A DNA stretch of 64,000 nt from an uncultured Gammaproteobacteria bacterium (GTDB lineage: Bacteria; Patescibacteriota; Patescibacteriia; UBA1558; UBA10009): positions 27,303 to 91,302 of the forward strand of contig CAZPMS010000001.1 of NCBI GenBank assembly GCA_964588165.1, read 5' to 3'. Shown here in pieces: positions 21,469 to 30,920 of this stretch. Numbering within the stretch: position 1 is the stretch's first letter; every line of letters starts with the position of its first letter. Position numbers and translations under genes: made by a program. Below the pieces are notes generated by a model, which did no database searches, was not told the DNA's origin, and worked only from the letters and a program-made list of their open reading frames with translations.

Positions 21469-23361
21469 TTATATTTTAATTTTCTCAGCAATAGATCCTC
21501 CGTCAAGTTTAAAATGTTTTAATACCTCAATATGCCCGCCACTTTCCGGGAATCTATCCAAACCAAACCTGATCAATTTTTTATTCAAACCTGATTGATT
21601 AATAATATTTAAAATCTCATCACCTTGTCCGCCTGCCAACATATGGTCATCAATATGAACTAACTGTTTTACATCCTTGATTTCATTAATCAGCCACTCA
21701 CTATCTATATTATTTAACCACGGGATATTGATAACTTTAACTTGCTTACCATCTTTTTCAAGTATGTCGGCTGCTTCCATTGCCATAGAGAGCATAATTG
21801 GTCCATAGGCCATAATGGCTATATCTTTACCATCTTTTAATGCAAAACCTTTGCCTGGCTCAATTTTATAACCTTCAGGCAGTTTTATTTCCCTAAAGCC
21901 TGGACAAATTGCCAGCCGTAAATAACTTGGAGTTTTAACCTCATTAGCCAGATATTTAATGGCCAGTTTTGACTCTTCATAATTACAGGGTTCAAAAATT
22001 TTCATTTCATGAATAGTCCTCATTAAACCAATATCCCTAACTGCCTGATGTGATTTACCAGGAATGGCTGGAATTAAACCGGCTAAATGCCCAACATAAA
22101 TAACCTGGCTATATTCTGTTGAGTTATTAAAAATTTGTTCATTGGCTCTGGCTGCCAAAAAGGCAGCAAAGGTATTTACTACCGGCAAATATCCTTGACG
22201 AGCAAGGCCACCGGCAATACCCACCATATCTTGTTCAGCAATGCCAACTTCCAAAAAATTATCAGGATAGTTCTCTTCAATTACTTTTATGCCGCAATCA
22301 ACGGCTAAATCACCATCTATAGCAATTATTTTTTTATTTTCTTTAACCAATTCAACCAAACCTTCGGAGTAGCCGCTTTTAACATCTGTATCGCACATTT
22401 TAATTTGAGCTCGCTCAAACTCCTTAGGAATTTCCGGAAACTCAATTTGATTATTACCTAAAAGATCTTTAATTCTATCATCAACTTCGCAAATTGCAGC
22501 TTCGTATTCTTCTTGGTTAGGGACTTTATTGTGCCATAAATACAAGCCGTCCTTTTTTAAAGCCTCTGGATGTTCCATAAAGGAAATTCCTTTGCCTTTT
22601 ATGGTATCTAAAATCACGGCCTTAGGCTTGCCATTAGAATAATCAATTTTCTCAAATATCTTAATTAAATCACCCATGTCATTGCCTTTTACCTCAATTA
22701 CTTCCCAGCCAAAAGCTTTTATTTTTTCTTCCAGCGGCGGCATATCTAAAATATCAGTTGTCAGCAAATCGGACTGGACTTTATTTTTATCCACCAAAAC
22801 TACTAAATTATCTAATTTCCAAGCAGGTGCTGATTGGAAACCTTCCCAGTTTTGCCCTTCTTCCAGTTCCCCATCCCCTACCATGACAAAAACTTTATTG
22901 GGTTTGTTTTCTTTTTTAAAAGCCAAGGCATGTCCTTTACCTTTGGAAATGCCCATTGCCAAAGCACCGGTATTGGCCTCAACTCCCGGAGTGGCTATAT
23001 CTACATGACCGGCCGGCCCGCCAAGTTGTCTGAATTTAAATAAATCATCATATGGCACTAAACCAACTGAGGCTAAGATTGAGTTCATCATTGGCCCGGC
23101 ATGCCCTTTGGATAGAATGAAGATATCACGTTCAGGATCATCTTTATCATTTGGATTAATCTTCATTTCCTTGTGATAAAGTAAAGTCATCACATCCGCA
23201 GCAGAAAGTGATGTACCCAGATGCCCTGTTCCTGGAACCATGACCACGCCTAAAATATTATGGCGTACCATTTCAGCCATAATTTGTAGTTTTTGTTCTT
23301 CTGACAAGTCAAAACTTTTAACTTTGTCAAAATCTTGTTTGGTGAAGAATATATTGTTCAT
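21469..23361 (-). CDS. Transketolase-family ThDP enzyme (fused N and C domains)
   Basis: GHLGTSLS, FILSKGHA, GDGELEEGQNWE, EVGIAEQDM. Confidence 0.88.
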   Translation of the reverse strand: MNNIFFTKQDFDKVKSFDLSEEQKLQIMAEMVRHNILGVVMVPGTGHLGTSLSAADVMTLLYHKEMKINPNDKDDPERDIFILSKGHAGPMMNSILASVGLVPYDDLFKFRQLGGPAGHVDIATPGVEANTGALAMGISKGKGHALAFKKENKPNKVFVMVGDGELEEGQNWEGFQSAPAWKLDNLVVLVDKNKVQSDLLTTDILDMPPLEEKIKAFGWEVIEVKGNDMGDLIKIFEKIDYSNGKPKAVILDTIKGKGISFMEHPEALKKDGLYLWHNKVPNQEEYEAAICEVDDRIKDLLGNNQIEFPEIPKEFERAQIKMCDTDVKSGYSEGLVELVKENKKIIAIDGDLAVDCGIKVIEENYPDNFLEVGIAEQDMVGIAGGLARQGYLPVVNTFAAFLAARANEQIFNNSTEYSQVIYVGHLAGLIPAIPGKSHQAVRDIGLMRTIHEMKIFEPCNYEESKLAIKYLANEVKTPSYLRLAICPGFREIKLPEGYKIEPGKGFALKDGKDIAIMAYGPIMLSMAMEAADILEKDGKQVKVINIPWLNNIDSEWLINEIKDVKQLVHIDDHMLAGGQGDEILNIINQSGLNKKLIRFGLDRFPESGGHIEVLKHFKLDGGSIAEKIKI

Positions 23362-23380
23362 ATTATTTTATTAATTAAAG

Positions 23381-24490
23381 CTAAAAAAATTCACATTCAG
23401 ATTGTTCAACTGAATAAGGCTGAATAAAACTTGTTTTTAAGGTTTCAACGAAACTATTCTCTCTAAATGGCTTAATGATTGATGGAAATTCACCACCAAT
23501 TAAAATTGTATCCTTATTTATATCAGTATCGACAAGATACTCTTCTTCTACATCTTTATCGCCTCCCGATACTATTTTGTAATTTACTATTTTATAAATT
23601 TTGGATATTGAAAATGGCTTGCCATCTATTTCTTTTTTATAGTTTATATCAACTTTAATAAAAAAATCTGTATTACTTGTATTTTCCCTTATATTACTCA
23701 TTATTGAATTTAAATCATTAAAATCAATTGAAAAAGGAATTTCTTCAAGTGATTTAAGGTTATATAGTTTATTATCTAAAATACTAGTAGTTAATCGATT
23801 CTCTTCAAATTTAAAATCTGGATTATTTTCATAACTCACATAAGCAAAAGGGCAAATCGAAAGTAGTTGTGATTCTTCATCTATATCTATGCGCTTTTCA
23901 AGCATAATCATGTTAATATCAATGTCTTTAAGTCCACCTAAAAAATTATTTTTTAGTACAAAATTTGCTGTTGAGCTTGATATCTGACTGTGTCCTAAAA
24001 ATGGTAATTTATTTTTATTTAAACCACTATATTCTTTTATAGATATTGAAACTTCAGGTATAGCGCTTAGTTCTAACGATTGTTGAGTTTGTTTTAAGGA
24101 AGATTCACTTAGTTCTAACGATTGTTGAGTTTGTTTTAAGGAAAAAAAATTAATAGATAACCCTACAATTGCAACAACTAATAAATATATTGCAATTTTT
24201 ATTGCTCTGCTACTTGATTTATTAGCATTATCTAGTTGCTCAAATTCAAGGAGTTTAAACCTACCTTCAGTTGAAATTGTATAAAGATTTTCTTCGCCAT
24301 TGTCCGTTTTTTGAGTTCTTCCTAAATTTTGAAGTAAACTTTTTTCATTTATTAGCTTTCCAAAAAATAACCCTTTTTCATTTTGATTAAAATTTAAATC
24401 ATCTAATAAATTATTACAAAGAAACTCATTGTGCTTATGAGCATATTTTAGTATTTCAATATGAATATTTTTTCTTATTTTGCTATTCAT
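23381..24490 (-). CDS. Hypothetical single-TM protein with an internal 14-aa duplication
   Basis: 369-aa ORF, very AT-rich; SLKQTQQSLELS occurs twice. Confidence 0.6.
   Translation of the reverse strand: MNSKIRKNIHIEILKYAHKHNEFLCNNLLDDLNFNQNEKGLFFGKLINEKSLLQNLGRTQKTDNGEENLYTISTEGRFKLLEFEQLDNANKSSSRAIKIAIYLLVVAIVGLSINFFSLKQTQQSLELSESSLKQTQQSLELSAIPEVSISIKEYSGLNKNKLPFLGHSQISSSTANFVLKNNFLGGLKDIDINMIMLEKRIDIDEESQLLSICPFAYVSYENNPDFKFEENRLTTSILDNKLYNLKSLEEIPFSIDFNDLNSIMSNIRENTSNTDFFIKVDINYKKEIDGKPFSISKIYKIVNYKIVSGGDKDVEEEYLVDTDINKDTILIGGEFPSIIKPFRENSFVETLKTSFIQPYSVEQSECEFF
24066..24143. repeat. Perfect 36-bp direct repeat, 42-bp period
   Basis: cttagttctaacgattgttgagtttgttttaaggaa at 24066-24101 and 24108-24143. 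Confidence 0.9.
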
Positions 24491-24574
24491 TAAACTTAAA
24501 TTTAATAATCATGCTGTAGAATAATAATAAAAAATTTTAAAATTTTATTCCACATTTTTTTCTACAAATTAATA

Positions 24575-24603
24575 TTGACAATATCTTTGAAATAGTTTAT
24601 AAT
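24575..24603 (+). promoter_or_regulatory. Consensus sigma70 promoter
   Basis: TTGACA-17nt-TATAAT; followed by TGTTCTTTCA and GGGAGG. Confidence 0.8.
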
Positions 24604-24644
24604 CTGAAATTATTGTTCTTTCATTCTTTTTTAGGGAGGTTTTT

Positions 24645-24809
24645 TTGAAGAAGCCAGAAGGTGCTACAAGGTGCAAGAGATGCGGGTTGATACATTATGA
24701 TGGATCTAATTTGATCCAAGATTCAGAAACCAAGCATTGGCTTTGTAACACGCCTTTTTGTTTCGGAATTGTTCACCCGATCAGAATCGCTTTCAAGCAC
24801 CAAAACTAA
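24645..24809 (+). CDS. 54-aa Cys-rich (Zn-ribbon-like) small protein, not in ORF track
   Basis: GGAGG + TTG start; MKKPEGATRCKRCGLIHYDGSNLIQDSETKHWLCNTPFCFGIVHPIRIAFKHQN; CxxC...CxxxxC. Confidence 0.65.
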   Translation: MKKPEGATRCKRCGLIHYDGSNLIQDSETKHWLCNTPFCFGIVHPIRIAFKHQN

Positions 24810-24918
24810 CCTTTATACACAACATTACGACCTGTGGTGACGCTATGTGCGCAGCTAATGTTATCAAGATCAGCGATGATCCAAAACCCAAAAGCTAGCT
24901 TTCCCTATTCATTCAAGA

Positions 24919-24948
24919 GCCGTATGAGATATTCTCTGCGGCTTTTTT
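24919..24948 (+). terminator. Intrinsic terminator, copy 1 of a 30-bp direct repeat
   Basis: GCCGTATGAGATATTCTCTGCGGC-TTTTTT. Confidence 0.75.
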
Positions 24949-24962
24949 CTTTATTAAATAAC

Positions 24963-25454
24963 TTATTCTAAATCAAATGGTCCGTAAAATCCACCTCCAG
25001 CAGATGCCCATTCTTGAATATAAAAAACCTTACCACAAATAATAGCCAATCGTGATACACCCACCCCAATCATCATTTTATCTTTATCTCTTTTATAATC
25101 TTCAGGATTTAAATCTGAACAACTTAATATTTTTATTTCATGATTATTTATACATTTATAGCCACCCCACCTATCTAATGATGTAGGTAAAATATTTCTA
25201 TCACTACCATAAAAACCTTCATCCATATTAATATGCTTTTTATAATCTACAGGATCAATTTGTGTTTTATAAGAAAAATTAATATCAAGGGAGCAATAAG
25301 TTTTTATTTTGGCCGATAAATTTTCATTATCTATAATCTGAAGTGTTGAGTTTTTTGGCACATAAAACATTTTTTTTATGGTTGGATAAAAGTAGATGAC
25401 TAAACCTGCAATAATAACTAGAATTATTAGTAATATAAAATTTTGTTTTTTCAT
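24963..25454 (-). CDS. Hypothetical secreted/membrane-anchored protein
   Basis: N-terminal TM, four Cys, 163 aa. Confidence 0.6.
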   Translation of the reverse strand: MKKQNFILLIILVIIAGLVIYFYPTIKKMFYVPKNSTLQIIDNENLSAKIKTYCSLDINFSYKTQIDPVDYKKHINMDEGFYGSDRNILPTSLDRWGGYKCINNHEIKILSCSDLNPEDYKRDKDKMMIGVGVSRLAIICGKVFYIQEWASAGGGFYGPFDLE

Positions 25455-25500
25455 AATTTTTAGAAATTAATTATTCTTTATATATAAATTATTTTTTTAG

Positions 25501-25530
25501 GCCGTATGAGATATTCTCTGCGGCTTTTTT
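25501..25530 (+). repeat. Copy 2 of the 30-bp terminator direct repeat
   Basis: Identical to 24919-24948. Confidence 0.9.
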
Positions 25531-25554
25531 TCTTTTAAATAACAATTTTTTAGT

Positions 25555-25602
25555 AGCTACGCTGACTGACGCTGACTTGCCTGCCTACCGGCAGGCACGG
25601 AC
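25555..25602. repeat. Half periodic element (CGCTGAC units) interrupted by a CCTGCC..GGCAGG palindrome
   Basis: agctacgctgac tga cgctgac t [tgcctgcctaccggcagg] cacggac; first 12 nt equal 19931-19942. Confidence 0.7.
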
Positions 25603-27090
25603 TTAACTCTTTTTAGTTTGTGAATTTTGGATGCCGCCAGAATAATCTAAATAAACTGTCTGCCATTCACTAAAAATATCAATTCCGCCTGGGCCGGCCT
25701 CACGATGGCCGTTGCCTGATAGTCCGAATCCTCCGAATGGTAAGTGGACTTCTGAACCAAAAGTAGGGGCGTTTAAATAAACCACGCCGGTTTTTATTTT
25801 ATCCAACATCTGTAAACCTTTAGCAGAACTGTTACTGAAAACTGAAGCGGATAAACCATATTTAGTACCGTTCATAATTTCTATCCCCTCTTCTGGAGTT
25901 TCAAATTTAATTACTGATACAACCGGACCAAAAACTTCTTCCTGGCAAATTTTATCGTTTGGTTTGGCACCTGCAATTACAGTTGGCGCATAATAAAAAC
26001 CTTTAGCATGTTCACCATCTGTGAGGATTTGGCCGCCAACTAAAATTTCTGCGCCACCTTGTTTAGCTTCATCCACATATTTAGCTACATTATCCAATTG
26101 TTTTTGATTGATAACCGGCGTTACATAACTATCATCATTGGCAGCTGGGCCAACTTTAAGTTGTTTAGTTTTACTGACCAACTTGGCTACAAATTCATCA
26201 TAAATTGAGGCATGGACAACTGCCCGGCTGGTAGCCACACATCTTTGGCCGGCAATAGTAAATGAACCGGACATTACGCCATCTACTGCTAAATCTACGT
26301 CTGCATCATCCATAACCAGTACTCCATTCTTACCACCCATTTCCAAACTTACTTTAATAAGCCTGTCTGCTCCGATTTGGTTTAAATGGCTGCCAACTTC
26401 TGTTGAACCGGTAAAAGATATTAGATTGATGTCTGGATGGTTGGCTAAAAATTCACCTGCTTCCTGGCCATAACCCTGGACTAAATTAGCCACGCCTTTT
26501 GGCAAATCTGCTTTTTCTAAAATTTCAAATAGTAATTGAGCGGTTTGCGGAGTATCAGTAGATGGTTTTAAAACAGCTGTGTTGCCGCAAGTTAAAGCTG
26601 GGAACAATTTCCAGGCAATGGCCGCAATTGGAGCGTTCCAGGGAGTAATTAAAGCGCAAACACCAACAGGTACTCTTCTGGTTAAAGCCATTCTATTATC
26701 TAAAGCGGACTGGGTGGTTTGGCCATATAAACGCCTGCCCTCACCAGCAGCATAATAAGCCATATCTGCAGCTGCTTTTACTTCACCCATAGCTGCAGCC
26801 TTAACCTTGCCCATTTCTTTTACTATTACATCTGCGATTTCTTCCTGCCTTTCCATAATTATTTGGCCAACTTTAAAAAGAATATCAGCCCGCTGGGGTG
26901 ATTTTGTTTGTTCCCAGCTTAATAAAGCCTTCTTGGCTGATAAAACTGCTTCATTAACATCATCCTGATTAGATCTGGGAAATTCACCAAGAACTTCTTC
27001 TTTATTAGAAGGATTTATATTTTTAAAAGTTTGATTTGATTTGGACGGCACAAATTTGCCGTTCATGTAATTTAGGCTTTCTTTTGACAT
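25603..27090 (-). CDS. Aldehyde dehydrogenase
   Basis: ITPWNAP, LKPS, FTGSTEVG, LEMGGKN, GQRC, EEVFGP, PFGG. Confidence 0.95.
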   Translation of the reverse strand: MSKESLNYMNGKFVPSKSNQTFKNINPSNKEEVLGEFPRSNQDDVNEAVLSAKKALLSWEQTKSPQRADILFKVGQIIMERQEEIADVIVKEMGKVKAAAMGEVKAAADMAYYAAGEGRRLYGQTTQSALDNRMALTRRVPVGVCALITPWNAPIAAIAWKLFPALTCGNTAVLKPSTDTPQTAQLLFEILEKADLPKGVANLVQGYGQEAGEFLANHPDINLISFTGSTEVGSHLNQIGADRLIKVSLEMGGKNGVLVMDDADVDLAVDGVMSGSFTIAGQRCVATSRAVVHASIYDEFVAKLVSKTKQLKVGPAANDDSYVTPVINQKQLDNVAKYVDEAKQGGAEILVGGQILTDGEHAKGFYYAPTVIAGAKPNDKICQEEVFGPVVSVIKFETPEEGIEIMNGTKYGLSASVFSNSSAKGLQMLDKIKTGVVYLNAPTFGSEVHLPFGGFGLSGNGHREAGPGGIDIFSEWQTVYLDYSGGIQNSQTKKS

Positions 27091-27104
27091 ATATTTATTA
27101 TTAC

Positions 27105-27212
27105 TACTAATTACTAATCTGTACTAATATACGAATTCATTATTATTTTAGCTAAAAGAATGATTTTTAATGATGGTATTATTCGTATATTTGTATTGAT
27201 TTGTAATTCATA
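27105..27212. repeat. Periodic imperfect palindrome, TACNAAT x4 / ATTNGTA x4
   Basis: tactaat tactaat ctg tactaat a tacgaat ... attcgta t atttgta ttg atttgta attcata; mirrored spacers 0,3,1 / 1,3,0. Confidence 0.75.
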
Positions 27213-27217
27213 ATCAA

Positions 27218-28774
27218 TTACTTTCGTTTAAATATAAGATTCTGTGTTATCCGGCCTGACTCTTGAAAGTCGGAAAGTTCTAAACCACGTTGTTTGAAAA
27301 AATCTACAAACCATTTTTCCCGTTCTTGCCAACCCTCATACCTAGTGGTTTCCACTAAAACTGATTTTAACTGCTCAGAAGCAAAAATTTTGTCGCCGCC
27401 TGCAACCACTTGCTGTTCAATGCCGTCCACATCGATCTTTATATGGTTAGGCTGTTCTAAACCATAATCATTAACCAGTGAATCGAGAGTTAACCCGATT
27501 GAACCTTGAATATGGACAGGTGTAAAATCTTTATCCAAATTATCCTTGGTAATGCCAAAAGCATTTTTTGCTTCACCATAACCAAATTCTTGAATATTGA
27601 AATTATTAAGCTGGTTTTTATCAGTTAAAGCTATTGGATAAGCTATAATTACTTCAGAAAAATTATTCTCTTTTATGTTTAAATTAAGTTTGGCAAAATT
27701 TAAAGCTTCCGGCTCAAAAGCATAAATTTTACAACTGCCTTTTAACAATTTTGCCGGATATAAACTGTACTGGCCAATATTAGCTCCGATATCGTAGATA
27801 ACATCACTTGGTACAAAATTATTCTCAATCCATTTTAAGGTTCCCGGCTCTTTAGTGTTATAGCTTTTACCTCGGCTAAATTCGGCTTTGGAATCTATGA
27901 TTAAAGACATTCTCTCTTTCCCGACCTGAAACTGCTTAACTTTTTTATGAGCTGAAATGATAAAACTGGTATTTTTTTTCTCACTAGCTTTAATATCCAA
28001 ATTATCGTTAATCTGGTAAAACGAGCTTAAAAAACCATTTGACTCCAGATTGGCTAAAAACTTTGAAAATTTCCGAGGGCTGTCTTTTATATTATGATAT
28101 TCTAAAATAATTTGGTTAACTTCAATTATTTTTTCAGACCTGATTATTTCTTCTAAAACCTCATCTTCTTTGCCCTCAATATCCAGTTTCAATAAATCAA
28201 TTGGCCTGTTGATATAGTTAGAAAGTTTTTTATTCTTAACTGTAATAGTTTCTGGCCTCTTATTACTCTTAACTGTAAAAAGGTCTTTGTCTAAACTATG
28301 GCCGGTGCTGCTAATTCTACTAGCATCATAAAACAAAATTTGCTCTTTTGAATCATTTGCAGAAATAGCCGCCTGAACAAGCTGAACTGACTTTAAATTA
28401 TTGTGCTTAATATTTTCTTCTAAAACTTTAAAGGTGCTTGGAAACGGCTCAAAGCAAATTATTTCCGCTTTAGGATACAAATATTTAAAATATAAAGTGG
28501 CCATTCCAATATTAGCGCCGCAATCTATAATAAAAGGATTTTTTATCAAGGTCTCAAAGTAGTAGGTTCGCCTTATAAAGATATCAACAAACATTGCGTA
28601 AAAGCTTCGGTAGCTTAAAACTTTGACTTTGTATCCTAAAAAATTTTCATTTTTAAAATCAATCCATTTAGATAAATGATTTTTAAAATTTAGTTTTAAA
28701 TAGCAAAAAAGAAGCCGAATTTTTTTCTTTTTACCAGTTTTGCCCTTAAAAATATATTGGATATCTCTAACCAC
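27218..28774 (-). CDS. Tandem double FkbM-family methyltransferase
   Basis: Two sets of DxGANIG, FEP, K(L/I)D(I/V)(E/D)G motifs. Confidence 0.85.
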   Translation of the reverse strand: MVRDIQYIFKGKTGKKKKIRLLFCYLKLNFKNHLSKWIDFKNENFLGYKVKVLSYRSFYAMFVDIFIRRTYYFETLIKNPFIIDCGANIGMATLYFKYLYPKAEIICFEPFPSTFKVLEENIKHNNLKSVQLVQAAISANDSKEQILFYDASRISSTGHSLDKDLFTVKSNKRPETITVKNKKLSNYINRPIDLLKLDIEGKEDEVLEEIIRSEKIIEVNQIILEYHNIKDSPRKFSKFLANLESNGFLSSFYQINDNLDIKASEKKNTSFIISAHKKVKQFQVGKERMSLIIDSKAEFSRGKSYNTKEPGTLKWIENNFVPSDVIYDIGANIGQYSLYPAKLLKGSCKIYAFEPEALNFAKLNLNIKENNFSEVIIAYPIALTDKNQLNNFNIQEFGYGEAKNAFGITKDNLDKDFTPVHIQGSIGLTLDSLVNDYGLEQPNHIKIDVDGIEQQVVAGGDKIFASEQLKSVLVETTRYEGWQEREKWFVDFFKQRGLELSDFQESGRITQNLIFKRK

Positions 28775-28789
28775 TGTTTTATCTGTTAA

Positions 28790-29587
28790 TTACCAAGCAG
28801 TCCAACCGCCGTCTATTACTAAATTAGCACCTGTCATATAACTGGAAGCATCACTGGCCAAAAAGATTACTCCACCATTTAATTCATCTTTTTTTGCCAT
28901 TCTGCCCAAAGGAGTTCTTTTGTTATATTCTTCCAAAAATGATTCGTCTTGATTATTAAAAACTCCTCCTGGAGTTAAAGTGTTAACCCTAACGCCATCT
29001 TTTGCCCAGTAAGTTGCCAAATATCTGGTTAAGTTAACTAAAGCTGATTTTGTGGCGCTGTAAGATGCAGGTTTAGTAAATTTTTCCGGCATGCTTTCAT
29101 AAATCCTTTGATCAGGAGAAACTAACCCATAGGTTGAACAAATATTTATAATGCTGCCTTTTTTATTGGCTGCCATCCTGGCACCTATAACCTGGCAGGG
29201 TAAAAAAACGCCAGTTAAATTGACTTCCAAAACTTTATTCCAAATTTCTAAAGGATAACCCTCAAAAGTTGCTGTAGCTTCACTGCCAGAACCTGGTGGG
29301 TTATCCAGTGCCGCACAGTTAATTAAAACTTCCGGAATGCCTAAGTCTGCTTCCACCTTCTTTAAGGTTTCTGAAAGTTGATCTTTATTAGTAACACTGA
29401 CTTTATAATATTTAACATTATTAACTTCTTTAAGGTCACCAGTTAACTCATCACTAATATCAAAAACAGCCACTTTGGCGCCTGCATCAGCTAAGGCTTT
29501 GGAAAAATTTGAACCCAGTTGCCCATTACCGCCAGTTATAATTGCTACTTTATTTATTAGACTGAAGATGTTTTCGATATAATTCAT
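28790..29587 (-). CDS. Short-chain dehydrogenase/reductase of nonulosonate-type loci
   Basis: TGGNGQLG, YSATK, RVNTLTPGGV, DGGWTAW; ATG at 29587. Confidence 0.88.
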   Translation of the reverse strand: MNYIENIFSLINKVAIITGGNGQLGSNFSKALADAGAKVAVFDISDELTGDLKEVNNVKYYKVSVTNKDQLSETLKKVEADLGIPEVLINCAALDNPPGSGSEATATFEGYPLEIWNKVLEVNLTGVFLPCQVIGARMAANKKGSIINICSTYGLVSPDQRIYESMPEKFTKPASYSATKSALVNLTRYLATYWAKDGVRVNTLTPGGVFNNQDESFLEEYNKRTPLGRMAKKDELNGGVIFLASDASSYMTGANLVIDGGWTAW

Positions 29588-29596
29588 ATTATTTAA

Positions 29597-29694
29597 ATTA
29601 CCAATTAACAATTTCCAATTGCCAATAAATTTTTAATTTGAAATTAATTAATTTATTAATTGATTGGATATTAGTAATTGGAAATTGGATATTT
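29597..29694. repeat. 7-nt period imperfect inverted repeat (TTNCCAA / TTGGNAA)
   Basis: ttaccaa ttaacaa tttccaa ttgccaa ... ttggata ttagtaa ttggaaa ttggata. Confidence 0.75.
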
Positions 29695-29699
29695 AATTC

Positions 29700-30800
29700 T
29701 TACCAATATAGTGCTTCTTTAGGGATTACCGTATCTTCCTCAATATCTATTTTGGCTACCTTGCCTAAAAGTTCGTTTATTTTATAAGGCTTAAGGCCGC
29801 TGCCTGGGCTTTTAACCGTCAGCATCTCTACAGATATAGGCGTACCGGTAGAAATCCTGGTTTTGGCCACAATACTTTTTGAATGTTTTTCTCTGGCCCT
29901 TACTTCTGATTGCCTGATTTTTTTATGGGGATCACCCAAAGCTTTTTCCAACTTCCTAATGTGGTAAACCAAATCTTTAAGTTCATTCATATCCAAGCTG
30001 ACTGTGGTGTGGTCTGGGCCTGGCAGATTTTTATCAACTGTTATATGTCTTTCCACTGTACAGGCTCCCATGGCAGCCGACATAATGGTTGGCATTATGC
30101 CCTTTTCATGTCCGGAGTAACCGATTGGCAATGGCCCGTATCTTTCTATTAAGGTTTTTAGATTATTTAAATGGACATCTCCAAGCGGTGTTGGATAAGT
30201 AGAAACGCAGTGGTTAATTATCAGTTGATTATTATGCTTTAAAATTAAATCAATTGCCCTATCCATTTCTTCTATGGTAGACATACCTACAGAAAGAAAG
30301 ATTGGTTTTTTTAGCTTAGCAATCTTTTCCAAAAGATCATGGTAAGTTACATCAAAAGAAGAAATTTTATAACCATCCACTCCAAGTTCTTCTAAAAAAT
30401 CCACGCTTTTTAAATCAAATGGTGTTACAAAAAAGAAAGCTCCCAGTTTTTCTGTATGTTTTTTAAGTTCCCTAAATTCATCCATGGTAAGTTCTTGGAA
30501 CTCACGGTATTCACCATATGTTTTGCCAAATTCTAAAGTTTTGGTCTGTTTTTTATCCCGCATTTCCTTTATAAAAACATCGTCTACAGACCTTTTTTGG
30601 AATTTAACTGCATCAGCACCTGCAGCCACAGCCTCTGTAATATGCCTTTTGGCCAGTTCCACATCGCCATTATGGTTGCAGCCAACTTCGGCCACCACAA
30701 AAACCGGTTTATTTTTGCCCACCAATCGGTTGCCCACTGCTACTTGCTCGGGTATATCCAAGTGCTCAAATGGCCTCTTGGAAGCTGAATCAATTGTCAT
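29700..30800 (-). CDS. neuB: Nonulosonate synthase 2 with SAF/antifreeze-like domain
   Basis: AEVGCNHNGD, KFQKR, HCVSTYP, GYSGHE, ERHIT, GPDH, KSPGSG. Confidence 0.9.
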   Translation of the reverse strand: MTIDSASKRPFEHLDIPEQVAVGNRLVGKNKPVFVVAEVGCNHNGDVELAKRHITEAVAAGADAVKFQKRSVDDVFIKEMRDKKQTKTLEFGKTYGEYREFQELTMDEFRELKKHTEKLGAFFFVTPFDLKSVDFLEELGVDGYKISSFDVTYHDLLEKIAKLKKPIFLSVGMSTIEEMDRAIDLILKHNNQLIINHCVSTYPTPLGDVHLNNLKTLIERYGPLPIGYSGHEKGIMPTIMSAAMGACTVERHITVDKNLPGPDHTTVSLDMNELKDLVYHIRKLEKALGDPHKKIRQSEVRAREKHSKSIVAKTRISTGTPISVEMLTVKSPGSGLKPYKINELLGKVAKIDIEEDTVIPKEALYW

Positions 30801-30890
30801 ATTTCTTTAATAATTACTACTTAAAAAGCATGGGTAGCAATGCCCTGCGCTTTCCATTTTTTATAATAGAAATGGTGCAGGGTAAATATT

Positions 30891-30920
30891 ACTATAACAA
30901 AAAACCTCAAATTTCGTCAA
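30891..30920 (-). promoter_or_regulatory. Putative internal promoter for neuB2, followed by a structured leader
   Basis: Minus strand TTGACG-18nt-TATAGT. Confidence 0.45.
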
